A stretch of 64,000 nucleotides of DNA from Octopus sinensis (taxonomy: Eukaryota), in NCBI RefSeq assembly GCF_006345805.1, contig NC_042997.1, positions 136,958,001-137,022,000 of the forward strand, given 5' to 3'. The notes beneath the pieces are model-generated. The model saw only the letters and a list, made by a program, of their open reading frames with translations, had not been told where the DNA came from and did no database searches. The position numbers and the translations under genes are program-made. Positions 62,040 through 64,000 of the stretch are shown in pieces. Position 1 is the stretch's first letter; every line of letters begins with the position of its first letter.

Positions 62040-62525
62040 CAATCATTTCGTTGATGAGATCTCAGATGATTTTTAAGACCAGCTGCTAACTGACAGGGTT
62101 CAAAACACAAGTGACAGATATTATTCGAGTTTCTTCTTCATCTTTACCCTTTGGAATCTGATTCCAAAGGAATGTTTTTGTGAACTAGCATATGTCCTTT
62201 AGTTCAGATATTGTCTTGCAAATTTTGTGACATATGATACAAGTCGTAACAGGTGGTTGGTATTCAAGATTATAGCTACCTGGACATTTTGATTTTCATG
62301 TAACTTCATATAATTCGCATATCCTGCTTTTGAGAACAGAACATGATCACACATAATTCATATCCAATGTTCTCTATTGATTTCAGTTCCAACTGTTCCT
62401 TTGTGACAAGCCCTTTTAAGCTCAGAATGCTGAATCATCATTTCCTCCATGGCGTGTCAACCAGTCCTAACAGCACCTCTCCACTTGTTCCAATCCAAGA
62501 ACATCAATTTTCCAGTTACTTTTGT
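62040..62525 (-). mobile_element. RTE C-terminal fragment with three C2H2-like fingers
   Basis: Translation with frameshifts: W I * I M CDHVLFSKAGYANYMKLH; CIICHKICKTISELK-GHMLVH; CHLCFEPCQLAAGLKNHLRSH. Confidence 0.65.
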
Positions 62526-62528
62526 TCA

Positions 62529-64000
62529 TGTTGTATAGTGAAACTGTACCCCTCCAGTAAAAAGTGGTAGAAGCCAGCCATTATAAATATACCAGTAACT
62601 GGTCGACAGGAGGAAAATCAGAAGGTCGAGAGTATGTGTAGATTGTGTTGATAGTCGTGTCTGTGTTGATATAGTAATTATACTGTGATACTGAGTGGAT
62701 GTTATAACAATCCAACCTTTTGAGGGTAATAACACTGTATGACTGGGGGTTGTACAGTGCTAGATTGAACCATTCTATCGACGACTTTGTAATATAACAA
62801 TATCTGTCAGAGAGACAACCATTGTCAACAGACAGATTCAACAGTGGCAAAAGACTGTTTTACAACAGTGGCAATAAGGAAAAACAAATTTATGCAGAGT
62901 GAAAAAAACATTCATGCAAAGAGTTTAAACTAATTCATAATTAAATACCCCAACAAAAAAGAAACAAAAATTTTGTGCAAACTTACGAAAATCATAAAAT
63001 ATGGAAGACTTGTTATTTGGGATAGTTGAATTGCAAAAACAGCAACGACCACAACAACAACAAAAACCCAAAGAATAGCGAAAACAACAATAAGTATTGC
63101 AGCTGCAAATGATACATTTAATGAAGTTGATAACCAATCTGGAGAATACATTTTCATCTGACCACATAGCAAATTCCACAAGCAAATTCAAATATGACCC
63201 CGAAGAAGGAGTAACCTTTGAGGCTTACTTTCGGAGATTTCAACAAATTTTTGAAAGAGAATGTCAGGATTGAATGTCAGTATTGAAAATCAAGAAAGAA
63301 AAATGCAACTAGTGACAACTGAGCATGAGAAGTATAGTAACTTCATATTGCCAAAAAAAGCATCCAACATAAATTTCACCAACACTGTTAACATTTTCTG
63401 CAAAATGTTTAGTGAAAATACTAGATGGAAATGTTCAAACATAGAAAAGAGCGAAGATGAAGACTTTAATACTTACACTGGCAGAGTCAACAAAGGACAT
63501 GAAAGATTTAGGTTAGATATGCTTACTCCAGATTCTTTCAAGTGTTTGAAGCACAAGGACTGACAGATAGGAGGCTGAAATCTGAATGAATATTCTACCA
63601 AAACTGAAAATGAACCAGAATTTGACATTGCAGAAACTGTCAGAAGAGTGTGACAGGGTATTAAAATTAAGGCATGACACGGAAGAAATTCAGTGGAAAG
63701 AGTGTTACCATATAAGAACAGTGCAAAAAAGTCAGAAGACAAACTGTTGCAGGAAAAACAGAAAAAATATTAGGATGTAGACCTATGTATGGCATGTGGT
63801 GGGATGCATATGAAAAAAGGTTGTCCATATAAAAAAGCAAAGTGTTTTCACCGCGGGTTTACAGGACATATAAAATTGCACTGCAAAACTAGAATGATAA
63901 GAAAATGGAACAAACAATATAAAATAAATAGTTTGTCAGCAGGAAAAAGTTGTGACTACAATAAACAAAATTCATGAATGTGAGAATTGAAAATACTAGT
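62529..64000 (+). mobile_element. Ty3/Gypsy (Mag-like) element 5' end: LTR, PBS and decayed gag, running off the window
   Basis: LTR 62529-62867 with TGTTGTA/TACAACA ends and a TATA box; PBS gtggcaataagg (CpG-decayed gtggcgacgagg); gag FKYDPEEGVTFEAYFRRF, EHEKYSNFILPK, CCHC-like CMACGGMH..GCP. Confidence 0.85.

Overview
AT-rich, repeat-dominated eukaryotic DNA. The SINE and RTE families, the (TA)n/(GAT)n microsatellites and the strong CpG decay look like an octopus (cephalopod) genome; this is recognition by eye, not a database result. I found no intact, identifiable host gene, rRNA, true tRNA or CRISPR array. Most of the window is nested and largely decayed transposons: CR1/L2-group LINEs (one with an uninterrupted 873-aa EN-RT ORF but YADD changed to YAND), several RTE LINEs, a HERO/NeSL-like fragment, Penelope-like elements (PLEs), Ty3/Gypsy remnants and solo LTRs, Tc1/mariner elements, Helitron termini, a long palindromic MITE and at least four tRNA-derived SINE families. 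The most interesting signals are: (1) PLE-linked hammerhead-ribozyme-like motifs, best at 31012-31149; (2) several fold-back structures, namely an 18-bp minisatellite that flips orientation mid-array, a roughly 2.3-kb tail-to-tail RTE inverted pair and an inverted PLE terminal repeat; (3) a PHD-like Zn finger inside the RT of one RTE family; (4) splice-site-bounded, protein-like but stop-containing segments on the + strand that suggest a hidden decayed or non-coding multi-exon gene. All identities and structures were judged by eye.
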